Positions 9,030 to 17,754 of a DNA stretch of 24,000 nucleotides are shown in pieces. The DNA is from an uncultured Gammaproteobacteria bacterium (GTDB lineage Bacteria; Pseudomonadota; Gammaproteobacteria; Thiohalomonadales; Thiohalomonadaceae): the NCBI GenBank assembly GCA_963783235.1, contig CAWAMN010000002.1, positions 1,462,181 to 1,486,180 of the forward strand, given 5' to 3'. The translations under genes and the position numbers were made by a program. The first letter of the stretch is position 1. Each line of letters begins with the position of its first letter. Below the pieces are notes generated by a model. It was not told where the DNA came from. It was given only the letters and a program-made list of their open reading frames with translations, and did no database searches.

Positions 9030-9779
9030 TCAGAACTTGTACCCACGGTGCAGGGCGACGATGCCGCCGGTGAGATTGTAGTAATCCACCCGCTCGAAGC
9101 CGACCGCCTCCATCATCCCCTTGAGCGTCTCCTGATCCGGATGCATACGAATCGATTCGGCCAGGTAGCGGTAGCTGTCGCGATCGCCGGTGACCATGCT
9201 GCCGAGCATCGGCAGCACCGAGAAAGAGTAGGCGTCATAGACCGGCCCCAGTCCCGGTGCCCTCGGTTTTGAGAACTCCAGAACCAGCAGCCGCCCGCCC
9301 GGCTTCAGTACGCGGAACATGGAGGCCAGTGCCTTGTCCTTGTCGGTGACGTTGCGAAGCCCGAAGGCGATGGTGATGCAGTCGAAGTGGTTTTCCGGGA
9401 AGGGCAGCTCTTCCGCATTCACCTGGGCAAAATCGATGTTGCCGACGAGGCCACGGTCGGCCAGGCGCTGACGTCCCACCTCCAGCATGGAGGCATTGAT
9501 ATCGGCAAGCACCACTTCCCCTTCGGGTCCGACCAGCTCCGAAAACTTGCCGGCCAGGTCGCCGGTGCCACCGGCGAGATCGAGCACGCGCTGGCCGCGC
9601 CGGACGCCGCTCATCTCGATGGTGTAGCGCTTCCACAGACGGTGCACGCCCATCGACATGAGGTCGTTCATCAGGTCGTATTTCGCCGCTACCGAATGGA
9701 ACACGTCGGCGACCCGTTCGGCCTTTTCGGCTTTCGGCACCTGCTGGTAGCCGAAGTGGGTGGTGTCCTGCTCGCTCAT
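9030..9779 (-). CDS. ubiE: Demethylmenaquinone / 2-methoxy-6-polyprenyl-1,4-benzoquinol methyltransferase UbiE
   Basis: The sequence begins [14 protein letters not shown] and includes [16 protein letters not shown] and [11 protein letters not shown] (SAM motif I), a classic UbiE/MenG pattern. The start is set at ATG 9779; the ORF-track 9857 start adds 26 non-homologous residues that run across an AT-rich palindrome. Confidence 0.93.
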   Translation of the reverse strand: MSEQDTTHFGYQQVPKAEKAERVADVFHSVAAKYDLMNDLMSMGVHRLWKRYTIEMSGVRRGQRVLDLAGGTGDLAGKFSELVGPEGEVVLADINASMLEVGRQRLADRGLVGNIDFAQVNAEELPFPENHFDCITIAFGLRNVTDKDKALASMFRVLKPGGRLLVLEFSKPRAPGLGPVYDAYSFSVLPMLGSMVTGDRDSYRYLAESIRMHPDQETLKGMMEAVGFERVDYYNLTGGIVALHRGYKF

Positions 9780-9837
9780 AGATCGATTCCGAATTATCTT
9801 GTTAACCGCGAAGGCGCAGCGCTCACTGACGGCGTAT

Positions 9838-9856
9838 TGATTATCCCTGATAATCA
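9838..9856. promoter_or_regulatory. AT-rich perfect 8-3-8 palindrome, candidate operator upstream of ubiE
   Basis: TGATTATC-cct-GATAATCA is centred about 68 nt upstream of the ubiE ATG. A further ATTATC hexamer lies at 9793-9798. The site stands out against the GC-rich background. Confidence 0.35.
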
Positions 9857-9891
9857 TACCGTCTCTCGGCGAAAACTGCGCCCCTGCGGTA

Positions 9892-10257
9892 TCAGGCCTT
9901 TACTTGGCGCTTGTGACCGGCCTCTTCCAGCCGATCCAGGTACTGCTGCCAATACTTATCGAAGTTGACGCCCAGATCGTAGAGCAGATCCCACGAATAG
10001 ATGCCGCTGTCGTGGCCATCATCGAAGTGCGGCTGGACGGCATAGGTGCCGACCTGCTCCAGGGTCTCGATGTTGACGTCTTCCTTACCGACCTGAAGGG
10101 TCTCCTGGCCGGGGCCGTGGCCGCGCACCTCGGCCGACGGGGAGTAGACCCGCAGGTACTCCACCGGCAATTCGAAGCGTTTGCCGTCGGAGAAGGCGAT
10201 CTCCAGCATTTTCTGACTCTTGTGCAGGACGATATCGGTCGGGCTGGTCGTACTCAT
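9892..10257 (-). CDS. DUF971 (gamma-butyrobetaine hydroxylase-like N-terminal domain) protein
   Basis: 121 aa with [31 protein letters not shown] ... [27 protein letters not shown], the DUF971 signature. Its position next to hslU matches the arrangement in Pseudomonas. Confidence 0.8.
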   Translation of the reverse strand: MSTTSPTDIVLHKSQKMLEIAFSDGKRFELPVEYLRVYSPSAEVRGHGPGQETLQVGKEDVNIETLEQVGTYAVQPHFDDGHDSGIYSWDLLYDLGVNFDKYWQQYLDRLEEAGHKRQVKA

Positions 10258-10354
10258 AGCAATTCCTCAGTTGATCCGTGAGATATTGTAACAGGATGAA
10301 GGTGGGGGCTTCTGTGGCGGATTCAATCGCACGGGACCCCTGCACCCGTTCGGA

Positions 10355-11683
10355 TCACAAAATATAGCGGCTCAGATCTTCGTCACCGGCAAGCTCCGCC
10401 AGTTGCTCATCGACGTAGGTGGCGTCCACCACCAGTTTCTGCCCCGACTGGTCGGCGGCACGGTAGGAGATATCCTCCAGAAGCCGCTCCATCACCGTGT
10501 GCAGCCGCCGGGCACCGATGTTTTCGGTCCCTTCATTAACCTGCCAGGCGATCTCGGCCAGGCGGCGGATGCCGTCCTCGGCAAACTCCACGTCCACCCC
10601 TTCGGTGGCGAGCAGGGCGCGGTACTGTTCGGTCAGGGAGGCATCCGGTTCGGTCAGGATGCGGACGAACTCCTCGGTTCCCAAGGCATCGAGTTCCACC
10701 CGAATGGGCAACCGGCCCTGGAGTTCCGGGATCAGGTCCGAGGGCTTGGCCAGATGAAAGGCCCCCGAGGCGATAAAAAGGATGTGATCCGTTCGCACCA
10801 TGCCGTGTTTGGTGGAGACGGTCGATCCCTCCACCAGCGGCAGCAGGTCGCGCTGCACGCCCTCGCGGGAGACGTCGGGTCCTTTGCCCTGCTCCGAGCG
10901 GCCGGTGATCTTGTCCATCTCATCGAGGAAGACGATGCCGTGCTGCTCCACGGCGTGGAGTGCACGGGATTTGATCTCCTCCTCGTTGACCAGCTTGGCC
11001 GCCTCCTCGTCGGTCAGTTGCTTGAAGGCCTCTTTGACCCGCATGCGGCGCGACTTGGTGCGCTGTCCACCCATGTTCTGGAACAGGTTCTGGAGCTGGC
11101 TGCTCATCTCCTCCATTCCCGGTGGGGCCATGATCTCCACCCCCATCGGCGTGGCCTGCACCTCGACCTCGATCTCCTTATCGTCCAGATCACCCTCGCG
11201 CAGCTTCTTGCGAAACTTCTGCCGAGTGCCGGAATCGGCGGCCTGACCCGTGTCCTCATAGCCCCGTGCGGGCGGCAGAAGCGCGTCGAGAATCCGCTCT
11301 TCGGCCGCTTCCCAGGCGCGGTGGTGCACCTTTTCCATCTCCTGTTCGCGCGTCATCTTGATGGCGTATTCGACCAGATCGCGAACGATCGACTCCACAT
11401 CCCGCCCGACGTAACCCACTTCGGTGAATTTGGTCGCCTCCACCTTGATGAACGGCGCGTTCGCCAGTTTCGCGAGCCGGCGGGCGATTTCGGTCTTGCC
11501 CACGCCGGTGGGCCCGATCATCAGGATGTTTTTGGGCGTGATCTCGCCCTGCAGCGCCTCATCCACCTGGGCCCGGCGCCAGCGATTGCGCAGGGCGACG
11601 GCCACGGCGCGTTTGGCGGCGGTCTGGCCGATGATGTGCTTGTCCAGCTCCTGGACGATTTCTCGGGGTGTCATTTCGCTCAT
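10355..11683 (-). CDS. hslU: ATP-dependent protease ATPase subunit HslU
   Basis: [20 protein letters not shown], Walker [16 protein letters not shown] and Walker [10 protein letters not shown] give near-canonical HslU. The start is set at ATG 11683; the extension to 11743 runs through the intergenic hairpin. Confidence 0.95.
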   Translation of the reverse strand: MSEMTPREIVQELDKHIIGQTAAKRAVAVALRNRWRRAQVDEALQGEITPKNILMIGPTGVGKTEIARRLAKLANAPFIKVEATKFTEVGYVGRDVESIVRDLVEYAIKMTREQEMEKVHHRAWEAAEERILDALLPPARGYEDTGQAADSGTRQKFRKKLREGDLDDKEIEVEVQATPMGVEIMAPPGMEEMSSQLQNLFQNMGGQRTKSRRMRVKEAFKQLTDEEAAKLVNEEEIKSRALHAVEQHGIVFLDEMDKITGRSEQGKGPDVSREGVQRDLLPLVEGSTVSTKHGMVRTDHILFIASGAFHLAKPSDLIPELQGRLPIRVELDALGTEEFVRILTEPDASLTEQYRALLATEGVDVEFAEDGIRRLAEIAWQVNEGTENIGARRLHTVMERLLEDISYRAADQSGQKLVVDATYVDEQLAELAGDEDLSRYIL

Positions 11684-11701
11684 AGTGACTTTTCTTTCCT
11701 T

Positions 11702-11778
11702 AAACCACGGGGTGCACGGGGAACACGGGGCCTGTAAATCCAAAGGATCCCCGTGCGCCCCGTGTTCCCCGTGGTTTT
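11702..11778. repeat. Composite palindromic element (long hairpin) in the hslV-hslU spacer
   Basis: The left arm is AAACCACGGGG-TGCACGGGG-AACACGGGG (11702-11730). The right arm is CCCCGTGCG-CCCCGTGTT-CCCCGTGGTTT (11749-11777/8). I hand-paired 25 of 29 positions, leaving an 18-nt loop. Each arm is three tandem NNCACGGGG units. Confidence 0.8.
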
Positions 11779-11796
11779 GACCAGCATTCGGAAGAC

Positions 11797-12333
11797 CTAC
11801 TCCAACTCTTCGATGGTCAGGTTGTGATTGGTGTAGATGCAGATATCAGCGGCGATATGGAGGCCTTTTTCCACGATCTCGCGCGCTTCGAGCTCGGTGG
11901 TTTCGAGCATGGCGCGTGCCGCCGCCTGGGCGAAGGGCCCACCGGAGCCGATGGCGATGAGGCTCTCCTCGGGTTCGATGACGTCGCCGTTGCCGGAGAT
12001 CACCAGCGAGGCGCTGTGATCGGCCACCGCCAGCAGCGCTTCCAGGCGGCGTAGCGCCCGGTCGGTGCGCCAATCCTTCGCCAGCTCAACGGCCGCCTTG
12101 GTGAGATTGCCCTGGTGCTTCTCCAGCTTGCCCTCGAACCGTTCGAAGAGCGTGAAGGCATCAGCAGTGCCTCCGGCGAAGCCGGCGATCACCTTGTCGC
12201 GGTAGAGCCGGCGCACCTTGCGCGCGTTGCCCTTCATCACCGTATTGCCCATCGACACCTGTCCGTCGCCGCCGATCACGACTTTGCCGTTTCGGCGCAC
12301 GGAAAGAATGGTGGTTCCGCGAAACTGTTCCAA
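11797..12333 (-). CDS. hslV: ATP-dependent protease subunit HslV
   Basis: (M)[26 protein letters not shown]... carries the HslV catalytic Thr after a short propeptide, as in many beta/gamma-proteobacteria. The start is set at TTG 12333 with AGGGGAAGGG just upstream; the ORF-track ATG 12366 adds 11 residues with no homolog support. Confidence 0.92.
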   Translation of the reverse strand: MEQFRGTTILSVRRNGKVVIGGDGQVSMGNTVMKGNARKVRRLYRDKVIAGFAGGTADAFTLFERFEGKLEKHQGNLTKAAVELAKDWRTDRALRRLEALLAVADHSASLVISGNGDVIEPEESLIAIGSGGPFAQAAARAMLETTELEAREIVEKGLHIAADICIYTNHNLTIEELE

Positions 12334-12562
12334 GGCCCTTCCCCTGCTAAAAACTGAGCACGACATTCTACATTATCGCCGCCAACTGTCCGATGGCGAG
12401 CGAGTGCCCGGTAGCCTTACGTGAAAAGGGCCTGGCGGGCAGGGGATAAACCACCGTGGCTGAGTGCAGGGTCTCTTTCCCCGCTGCCGGGAAGCCAGGA
12501 TGGGGTGAATCCAATTCAGGTCGCTCCAGACCAGGGTCATTCGCTGCCAGCGCCCTTCCCGC

Positions 12563-13504
12563 TCAGGCCGGGGGAACCGCCACCGCTGCCCGGCCGGACC
12601 GGCGCCGGAACCAGCTGGCGGCGCCGGCCGAGGTCATGATGCACCAGACCGCAAACAGGGCGCCGGGAAGGGCGGTTTCGGCCGAGAAGTGTTTGAGGGC
12701 GAGGGCCACGCCCAGTCCGGCGTTCTGCATGCCGATCTCGATGGCCAGGGTGAGCCGGTGGCGACCGTCAAAGCCGAACAGGCGGGCGGCCTGCCAGCCG
12801 AGTAGATACCCCAGGGCGTTCACACCCACCACCACTCCGAATACCACCGGACCGACGCTGGCCAGGCGCTCCTGGTTGGCCGCCACCGCATAACTGCAGA
12901 TGATGACGATGGCGACGGTGGCGACCGCCGGCGCCATCTGTTTTGCCACCCGCACACGTGCACCCAGCGCCCGCCGCAACACCATGCCGGCGAGCAGTGG
13001 CAGCAGCACCGTCTTCACGACCGTCCACATCATCGGCCAGAAGGGAATGGGCAGGAACGCCTCGCCCAGGAACTTTACCAGGACCGGGGTCAACACCGGT
13101 GACAGGAAGGTAGCGACGGTGGTCAGGGCGATGGAATAGGCAACGGCACCCCCGGCCAGGTAGACAATCACATTGCTGGCCATCGCTCCCGGTGCGCAAC
13201 CGACGATGATGAATCCGAGTGCCAGCGCCTCCGGCAAACCCGACAACCAGGCGGCCATAAAGCCGATTACCGGCATGAGCATGTATTGGGCGAGGACCCC
13301 CTGGCCGATCGCCTTGGGCCGGGTCAGGGTGTCTTTCAGATCCTCCGGCTCCAGCACCACGCCCAGGGCCAGCATGGTGGCGGCAAAGAGCCACAGAAAG
13401 ATAGCCTGAAAAGGCATAAAGAGCGCCGGCTCAAAGTAGGCGGCGATGGCCCCGATGAGCGTGAGTGGCGCAAGGTTGTTGGCGAGCAGGCGGAATATCA
13501 ACAT
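12563..13504 (-). CDS. Bile acid:sodium symporter (BASS/SBF) family transporter
   Basis: 313 aa and polytopic, with LGFIIVGCAPGAMASNV and IEIGMQNAGLG motifs typical of the SBF family. Confidence 0.85.
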   Translation of the reverse strand: MLIFRLLANNLAPLTLIGAIAAYFEPALFMPFQAIFLWLFAATMLALGVVLEPEDLKDTLTRPKAIGQGVLAQYMLMPVIGFMAAWLSGLPEALALGFIIVGCAPGAMASNVIVYLAGGAVAYSIALTTVATFLSPVLTPVLVKFLGEAFLPIPFWPMMWTVVKTVLLPLLAGMVLRRALGARVRVAKQMAPAVATVAIVIICSYAVAANQERLASVGPVVFGVVVGVNALGYLLGWQAARLFGFDGRHRLTLAIEIGMQNAGLGVALALKHFSAETALPGALFAVWCIMTSAGAASWFRRRSGRAAVAVPPA

Positions 13505-13598
13505 GCAGGTCTTCTCTCCCTGGCGCCAACTCTACTTCGGCCGTTTCGGTGGTCGCAAACGAAAAGAAGCCCCATTACCGTTGCCCTGGCCGACCCGA

Positions 13599-14627
13599 TC
13601 AACCGATCAGGGCGCGCCGCAATGGCCGAACGGCGAACAGCGCCAGCAGTGCGGCGCTGAATAGGGCGAGCCCGTCGGGCATGAATTCGCCGGCCTCGGC
13701 TGCCTGAGCCGTTACCGGAATACCCGCATAATCGATAAACGCATCGGTGGCCAGTCCGCAGGCGATCGCAGCGGCGCCGATGCCGAAAAGGTAGAGCGCC
13801 AGCACCGGGCCGCCCAGTTCCCGGCGCAGCAGCCCGAGCGTGGCGATATTGGTGGCCGGTCCGGCGAGCAGGAAAACCAGTACGGTTCCGGGCGAGACCC
13901 CGAGGAGCAGCAAAGAGGCGGCCAGCGGCGTGGAGGCGGTGGCGCAGATGTACATGGGGACGCCGATCGCCAGCATGGCCGGAAGTCCACTGCCCCATTG
14001 GGCGAGGGCCTGCGGTGGCAGCCAGGTGATCAACGCCCCCGCGGCAATGATCCCGAGGGCGAGCCACAGGGCCAGATCATCGAGAATGTCGGTCATGGCG
14101 TAGCGAAGGCCCGAGATGCTGCGGCTCCAACCGCTTTCCGGAATGCGCTTCGACCCTTCAGCCGGGGCCCCGCTACAGCAGGAGTTGTCCCGGCAGCAGG
14201 CTGCTTTTTGCGGCCCGGCTGGTCTCTCTGGCGCCAGGCCGCCCAGGATACCGGTGAATACGGCGCTGAAAATGGCGGCGATCGGACGCACGACGGCCAT
14301 GAACGGTCCCATCAGGGCATAGGTCACCGCCACCGAATCGACACCCGTCTCCGGGGTTGCTATCAAAAAAGAGAGGGTTGAGCCCCGCGAGGCACCGCTC
14401 CGGTGCAGCCCCAGTGCAGCCGGCAATACGCCACAGGAGCACAGTGGCAGGGGCGCTCCAACGACTGCCGCGCGGGTCACCGGCCCGAGCCCCCGCCCTC
14501 CCAGCCAACGGTTCATCCAGGACTCGGAGACCCAGGCCTTGATGAGGCCCGCGGCAATAAGGCCAAGCAGCAGCCACGGGGCGGCATCCCTGTAAATGGA
14601 AAGGACGTTGGTGAGGAGATCGGACAT
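13599..14627 (-). CDS. SO_0444/DUF318-type permease (putative metal or metalloid transporter)
   Basis: 342 aa and polytopic, with LPLCSCGVLP in TM2 as in the ArsP/DUF318 family. It has a central Cys-rich loop CCRDNSCC (nt 14175-14198). Confidence 0.8.
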   Translation of the reverse strand: MSDLLTNVLSIYRDAAPWLLLGLIAAGLIKAWVSESWMNRWLGGRGLGPVTRAAVVGAPLPLCSCGVLPAALGLHRSGASRGSTLSFLIATPETGVDSVAVTYALMGPFMAVVRPIAAIFSAVFTGILGGLAPERPAGPQKAACCRDNSCCSGAPAEGSKRIPESGWSRSISGLRYAMTDILDDLALWLALGIIAAGALITWLPPQALAQWGSGLPAMLAIGVPMYICATASTPLAASLLLLGVSPGTVLVFLLAGPATNIATLGLLRRELGGPVLALYLFGIGAAAIACGLATDAFIDYAGIPVTAQAAEAGEFMPDGLALFSAALLALFAVRPLRRALIG

Positions 14628-14678
14628 GGGTTCGGGAGCGGCTTCGGACGGATTGAGGCAACGTATCCCTGCCTTGCG

Positions 14679-15353
14679 CTACTCCTGAACGCCGTTCGCC
14701 GCGGTTTTCTCCCACAGTTCCTCATTGCGTTGCTCTAATCGCTCGATGAGACCTGAGAGGCCGTACCGGCTGATTTGCGAGGCGAAACTGTTTCGATAAT
14801 TGATCACCAGGCTCACCCCTTCGACCTTCACGTCATAGACCAGCCACTGGTCACCTTTTTCATAAAGACTGAAGGTCACCGGGATGCTCGGACCGTTCGG
14901 GGGATGAGCCTCGGCCCGCACCTGGACGCGCCTGTCCTGGGGTTCTCCGCCGGGCAGAAACGTGATCAGATCCTGACCCTTCTCCAGCAGTCGATTGATC
15001 TGGTCGGGATTGTCGAGCAGCGCCGAGACATAGAAGCGGACCAGCAGGGTTTTGAACTCCTCGGTGAAGCGTTCCCGCTGTTCGGGCGTGGCGCGACGCC
15101 AGTTCACACCCAGCACCAGGCGGGACATGGCCTCTGCATCCACGTGGGGCACCAGGACATTCTCCACGAGTGCGAAGAGCTGCTCCGGCTCCTCATTCAG
15201 GAGCTGCTTTTCGTCCTGCAACTTGGTGATCATCTCTTCGGTGACGGAACGAAGCATTTGCTGCGGGGGCACCGCAGCGGAGACGGGCAACGCAAAGCAA
15301 AACAGCAATAGGGTTGCTGCCAGACGATTTAACAGGGGAAATTGTCGAAGCAA
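14679..15353 (-). CDS. MlaC/Ttg2D family periplasmic phospholipid-binding protein (orphan)
   Basis: Family-typical LVPHVDAEAMSRLVLGVNWRRATPEQRERFTEEFKTLLVRFY. A signal peptide follows the preferred TTG start at 15353, which has GAGGA 7 nt upstream. The ORF-track start at 15386 is also a TTG but has no SD. Confidence 0.8.
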   Translation of the reverse strand: MLRQFPLLNRLAATLLLFCFALPVSAAVPPQQMLRSVTEEMITKLQDEKQLLNEEPEQLFALVENVLVPHVDAEAMSRLVLGVNWRRATPEQRERFTEEFKTLLVRFYVSALLDNPDQINRLLEKGQDLITFLPGGEPQDRRVQVRAEAHPPNGPSIPVTFSLYEKGDQWLVYDVKVEGVSLVINYRNSFASQISRYGLSGLIERLEQRNEELWEKTAANGVQE

Positions 15354-15458
15354 GGTAAAATCCTCTTTCGGTGAAACCGTTTGCAATATCCGAGCGTTCC
15401 GGTCCGCATTGGGATGATAGAATCCCGCATCCTGCGCACTTCTGATGAATACCCGACC

Positions 15459-16763
15459 ATGAAACGCCCCGAATTGCTCGCCCCGGCCGGTACCCTGAGA
15501 AATCTCCGTTACGCGTTCGCCTACGGCGCCGACGCCGTCTATGCCGGAATTCCTCGCTATAGCCTAAGGGTGCGCAATAACGACTTCAATATACTTGATA
15601 ACGTTGCTCAGGGTATTGACGAGGCGCACGCCGCCGATCGGCTCTTCTACCTCACCGTCAATCTCCTTCCCCACAATGCGAAGCTGCGCACGTTTCTAAA
15701 TGATATTGCACCGGTGGTCGCGATGTCGCCGGATGCCCTGATTATGGCCGATCCCGGCCTCATCATGCTGGTGCGTGAGCGCTGGCCCGAGGTGCCGATA
15801 CACCTGTCGGTCCAGGCCAATACTATGAATTGGGCGGCGGTGAAGTTCTGGCAGTCGGCGGGTATCGAGCGGGTGATCCTCTCTCGCGAGGTTTCTCTGG
15901 ATGATATTGCCGAGATCCGGGAGCGCTGCCCCGAGATGGAGCTGGAGGTGTTCGTGCATGGCGCGCTCTGCATTGCCTATTCCGGGCGCTGCCTGCTCTC
16001 GGGCTATTTCAACCACAGGGACGCCAACCAGGGTAGCTGCACCAACGCCTGTCGCTGGGAGTATTCGCTCCATTCGGCTACCGAAGACGCCAGTGGTGAT
16101 GCGCTCCCCGCCCGCCACGCTGAGGCCGAAACGGTCCACTTCCTCGAGGAGGGCGAACGCCCCGGGGAGTTGATGCCGGTCGAAGAGGATGAGCACGGCA
16201 CCTACATCATGAACTCCAAGGACTTGCGTGCCGTTCAGCACGTGCAGCGCCTGATGGAGATCGGCGTCCAGAGCCTGAAGATCGAAGGGCGCACCAAATC
16301 ACACTATTACGTCGCCCGCACCACTCAGGTCTATCGCCGCGCCATCGACGATGCCCTGGCCGGCCGGGTTTTCGAACCGGGGCTGCTGGGTGAGCTCGAG
16401 AATCTGGCCAATCGCGGCTATACGGAGGGGTTCTATAACCGCCACGCCGATGCCGAGTATCAAAACTACGAACAGGCCAGCTCCGATTCGGTGCAGCAAC
16501 GCTTCGTCGCCGAGGTGGTTCAGTTCGATCCCGAAACGGCAACGGCGGAACTGGATGTGAAGAACAAATTCGCGGTAGGTGACCGTCTGGAGCTGATCAC
16601 GCCCGACGGCAACATCGACTTTGTGCTGGAGCGGATGGAGAGCATGGGCGGTGAAGCCATGCAAGAGGCGCCCGGGGGCGGTTGGCGCGTGCGTATCCCG
16701 CTGCCCCGAACGGCGGGTCGCTTCGCGTTGATTACCCGCTACCAGCCGGTTGAGAAGCCCTGA
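15459..16763 (+). CDS. trhP: U32-family tRNA 5-hydroxyuridine synthase TrhP (YegQ)
   Basis: MKRPELLAPAGTLRNLRYAFAYGADAVYAGIPRYSLRVRNNDF is collinear with E. coli YegQ. The Cys cluster is conserved (CIAYSGRCLLSGY...GSCTNACRWEY), as is EDEHGTYIMNSKDLRA. The start is set at ATG 15459. Confidence 0.9.
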   Translation: MKRPELLAPAGTLRNLRYAFAYGADAVYAGIPRYSLRVRNNDFNILDNVAQGIDEAHAADRLFYLTVNLLPHNAKLRTFLNDIAPVVAMSPDALIMADPGLIMLVRERWPEVPIHLSVQANTMNWAAVKFWQSAGIERVILSREVSLDDIAEIRERCPEMELEVFVHGALCIAYSGRCLLSGYFNHRDANQGSCTNACRWEYSLHSATEDASGDALPARHAEAETVHFLEEGERPGELMPVEEDEHGTYIMNSKDLRAVQHVQRLMEIGVQSLKIEGRTKSHYYVARTTQVYRRAIDDALAGRVFEPGLLGELENLANRGYTEGFYNRHADAEYQNYEQASSDSVQQRFVAEVVQFDPETATAELDVKNKFAVGDRLELITPDGNIDFVLERMESMGGEAMQEAPGGGWRVRIPLPRTAGRFALITRYQPVEKP

Positions 16764-16769
16764 CCAGGG

Positions 16770-17747
16770 CTAACCCGGACAACTCGCTCCCTCATCCTCC
16801 GAGGTTGCACCAAACCAGAAGTCGGTTCCCTTGGTCAGAAACTCATCGAAGCGCATGTAGTGTGTCCCATCGCATGAGAAGTTCAGCGCCACCATGCCGT
16901 TGCAGACGTTGAGCGAGCCCGAACGCAGGTAAACGATGTCGTCGGCGAAGCGCAAGGTGCGGAACATCTCAAAGACCGTCATCACCTGCTCTTTGGGCAC
17001 TATCGCCCTCGACGTGTAGGGCCGGCGCGGATAGGCGAGGCAGATGTCGGGATCGGTCAACGCCTCGAAACTGAGAATGCGGTAGGCATAGGGGTCATCC
17101 ACCAGCCAGATAGTGGCCCGGCTGCTGGAGAAGTGCAGCTTGCCGTGGAACACGCCGTGCTCGAGCACCAGCTCTTCCATCAACGGCATCACCTCATCGA
17201 GGTGTGCGTCCATTTTGCTGTCGATGCGCTTCTGCAAGAACATCCCGCCCCGGATGGCCGGGTCACCCTTGATCTGCCGCCAGTCATCCGGCTCCTGGTA
17301 GACCGCTTCGGTATCCGGCAGCTCGCGCAGGTCGTAGTCGGCGCCGAGAAAGCCGACCCGCTCGCCTTCGGCGTCGCGGATCACCTGAATGGCCGTGAGC
17401 GACGGGCGCTTTTTGTTGCGGCTGATGTAGGCGTCGGAGAGTTTGAAGTCGGTGGTGCCGACAATCCCCTGCATATAGGGGCGGTCCGAGCGGTCGCGCC
17501 TGTAGTGGGACGGGTCCCGGCCTTCGCGGGTGATGTTGTCGGTGATCTGGCTACCCTCGCTGTTCAGCACATAGATGTGCTTGCAATAGGACAGTTCGGG
17601 AAGGCTCTTGGAAAGAAAGGCCTCCAAGCCCTGGCGATCGTCGATGAGTTCGGCACAGCGCTGGGCCAATGCAAACATCGGCTTGCCCAACAAAGCGGTG
17701 AGTTTTTCGCGCTGGTGTTTGACGCTCTTTTCAAGAGAAGAACTCAT
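16770..17747 (-). CDS. Cytoplasmic PDC/Cache-like sensor-fold protein with no recognisable output domain
   Basis: 325 aa from ATG 17747. Its SD AAGGAAG overlaps the mltF stop, leaving a 7-nt gap. Residues around 55-145 fit the Cache/PDC pattern (IYVLNSEG...DRSDRPYMQG...LSDAYISRNKKRPSLTAIQVIRDAEGERVGFLGADYDLRELP). There is no TM or signal peptide, and I do not recognise the C-terminal ~170 aa. Confidence 0.6.
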   Translation of the reverse strand: MSSSLEKSVKHQREKLTALLGKPMFALAQRCAELIDDRQGLEAFLSKSLPELSYCKHIYVLNSEGSQITDNITREGRDPSHYRRDRSDRPYMQGIVGTTDFKLSDAYISRNKKRPSLTAIQVIRDAEGERVGFLGADYDLRELPDTEAVYQEPDDWRQIKGDPAIRGGMFLQKRIDSKMDAHLDEVMPLMEELVLEHGVFHGKLHFSSSRATIWLVDDPYAYRILSFEALTDPDICLAYPRRPYTSRAIVPKEQVMTVFEMFRTLRFADDIVYLRSGSLNVCNGMVALNFSCDGTHYMRFDEFLTKGTDFWFGATSEDEGASCPG

Positions 17748-17754
17748 GGCTTCC

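Noticed and set aside
10403-11737. 444-aa plus-strand ORF antisense to hslU
   Set aside because: The hslU frame is near-canonical. The antisense product is Gly/Leu/His/Asp-rich with no recognisable motifs. It is a GC-bias artefact.
11684-11743. 20-codon N-terminal extension of hslU given by the ORF track
   Set aside because: HslU homologs begin at [10 protein letters not shown]. The extension ([14 protein letters not shown]...) is simply the translated arm of the intergenic palindrome.
12365-12520. Heat-shock (sigma-32) or sigma-70 promoter for hslVU
   Set aside because: On the minus strand, CCCCATCC (12498-12505) resembles a sigma-32 -10 box. The nearest TTGAA-like word (CCTGAAT, 12514-12520) is only 8 nt away instead of about 14. 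GATAATGTAGAAT (12365-12377) offers -10-like hexamers but has no acceptable -35 at 16-18 bp. A promoter must be in this 229-bp region (12334-12562), but I cannot place it.
16758-16769. Palindrome CCCTGACCAGGG at the convergent trhP / PDC-gene junction (6-bp gap between stops)
   Set aside because: It would form a 5-bp stem with a 2-nt loop, which is sterically implausible as a hairpin, and there is no U-tract. It is probably coincidental, and termination signals must lie inside the opposing genes.
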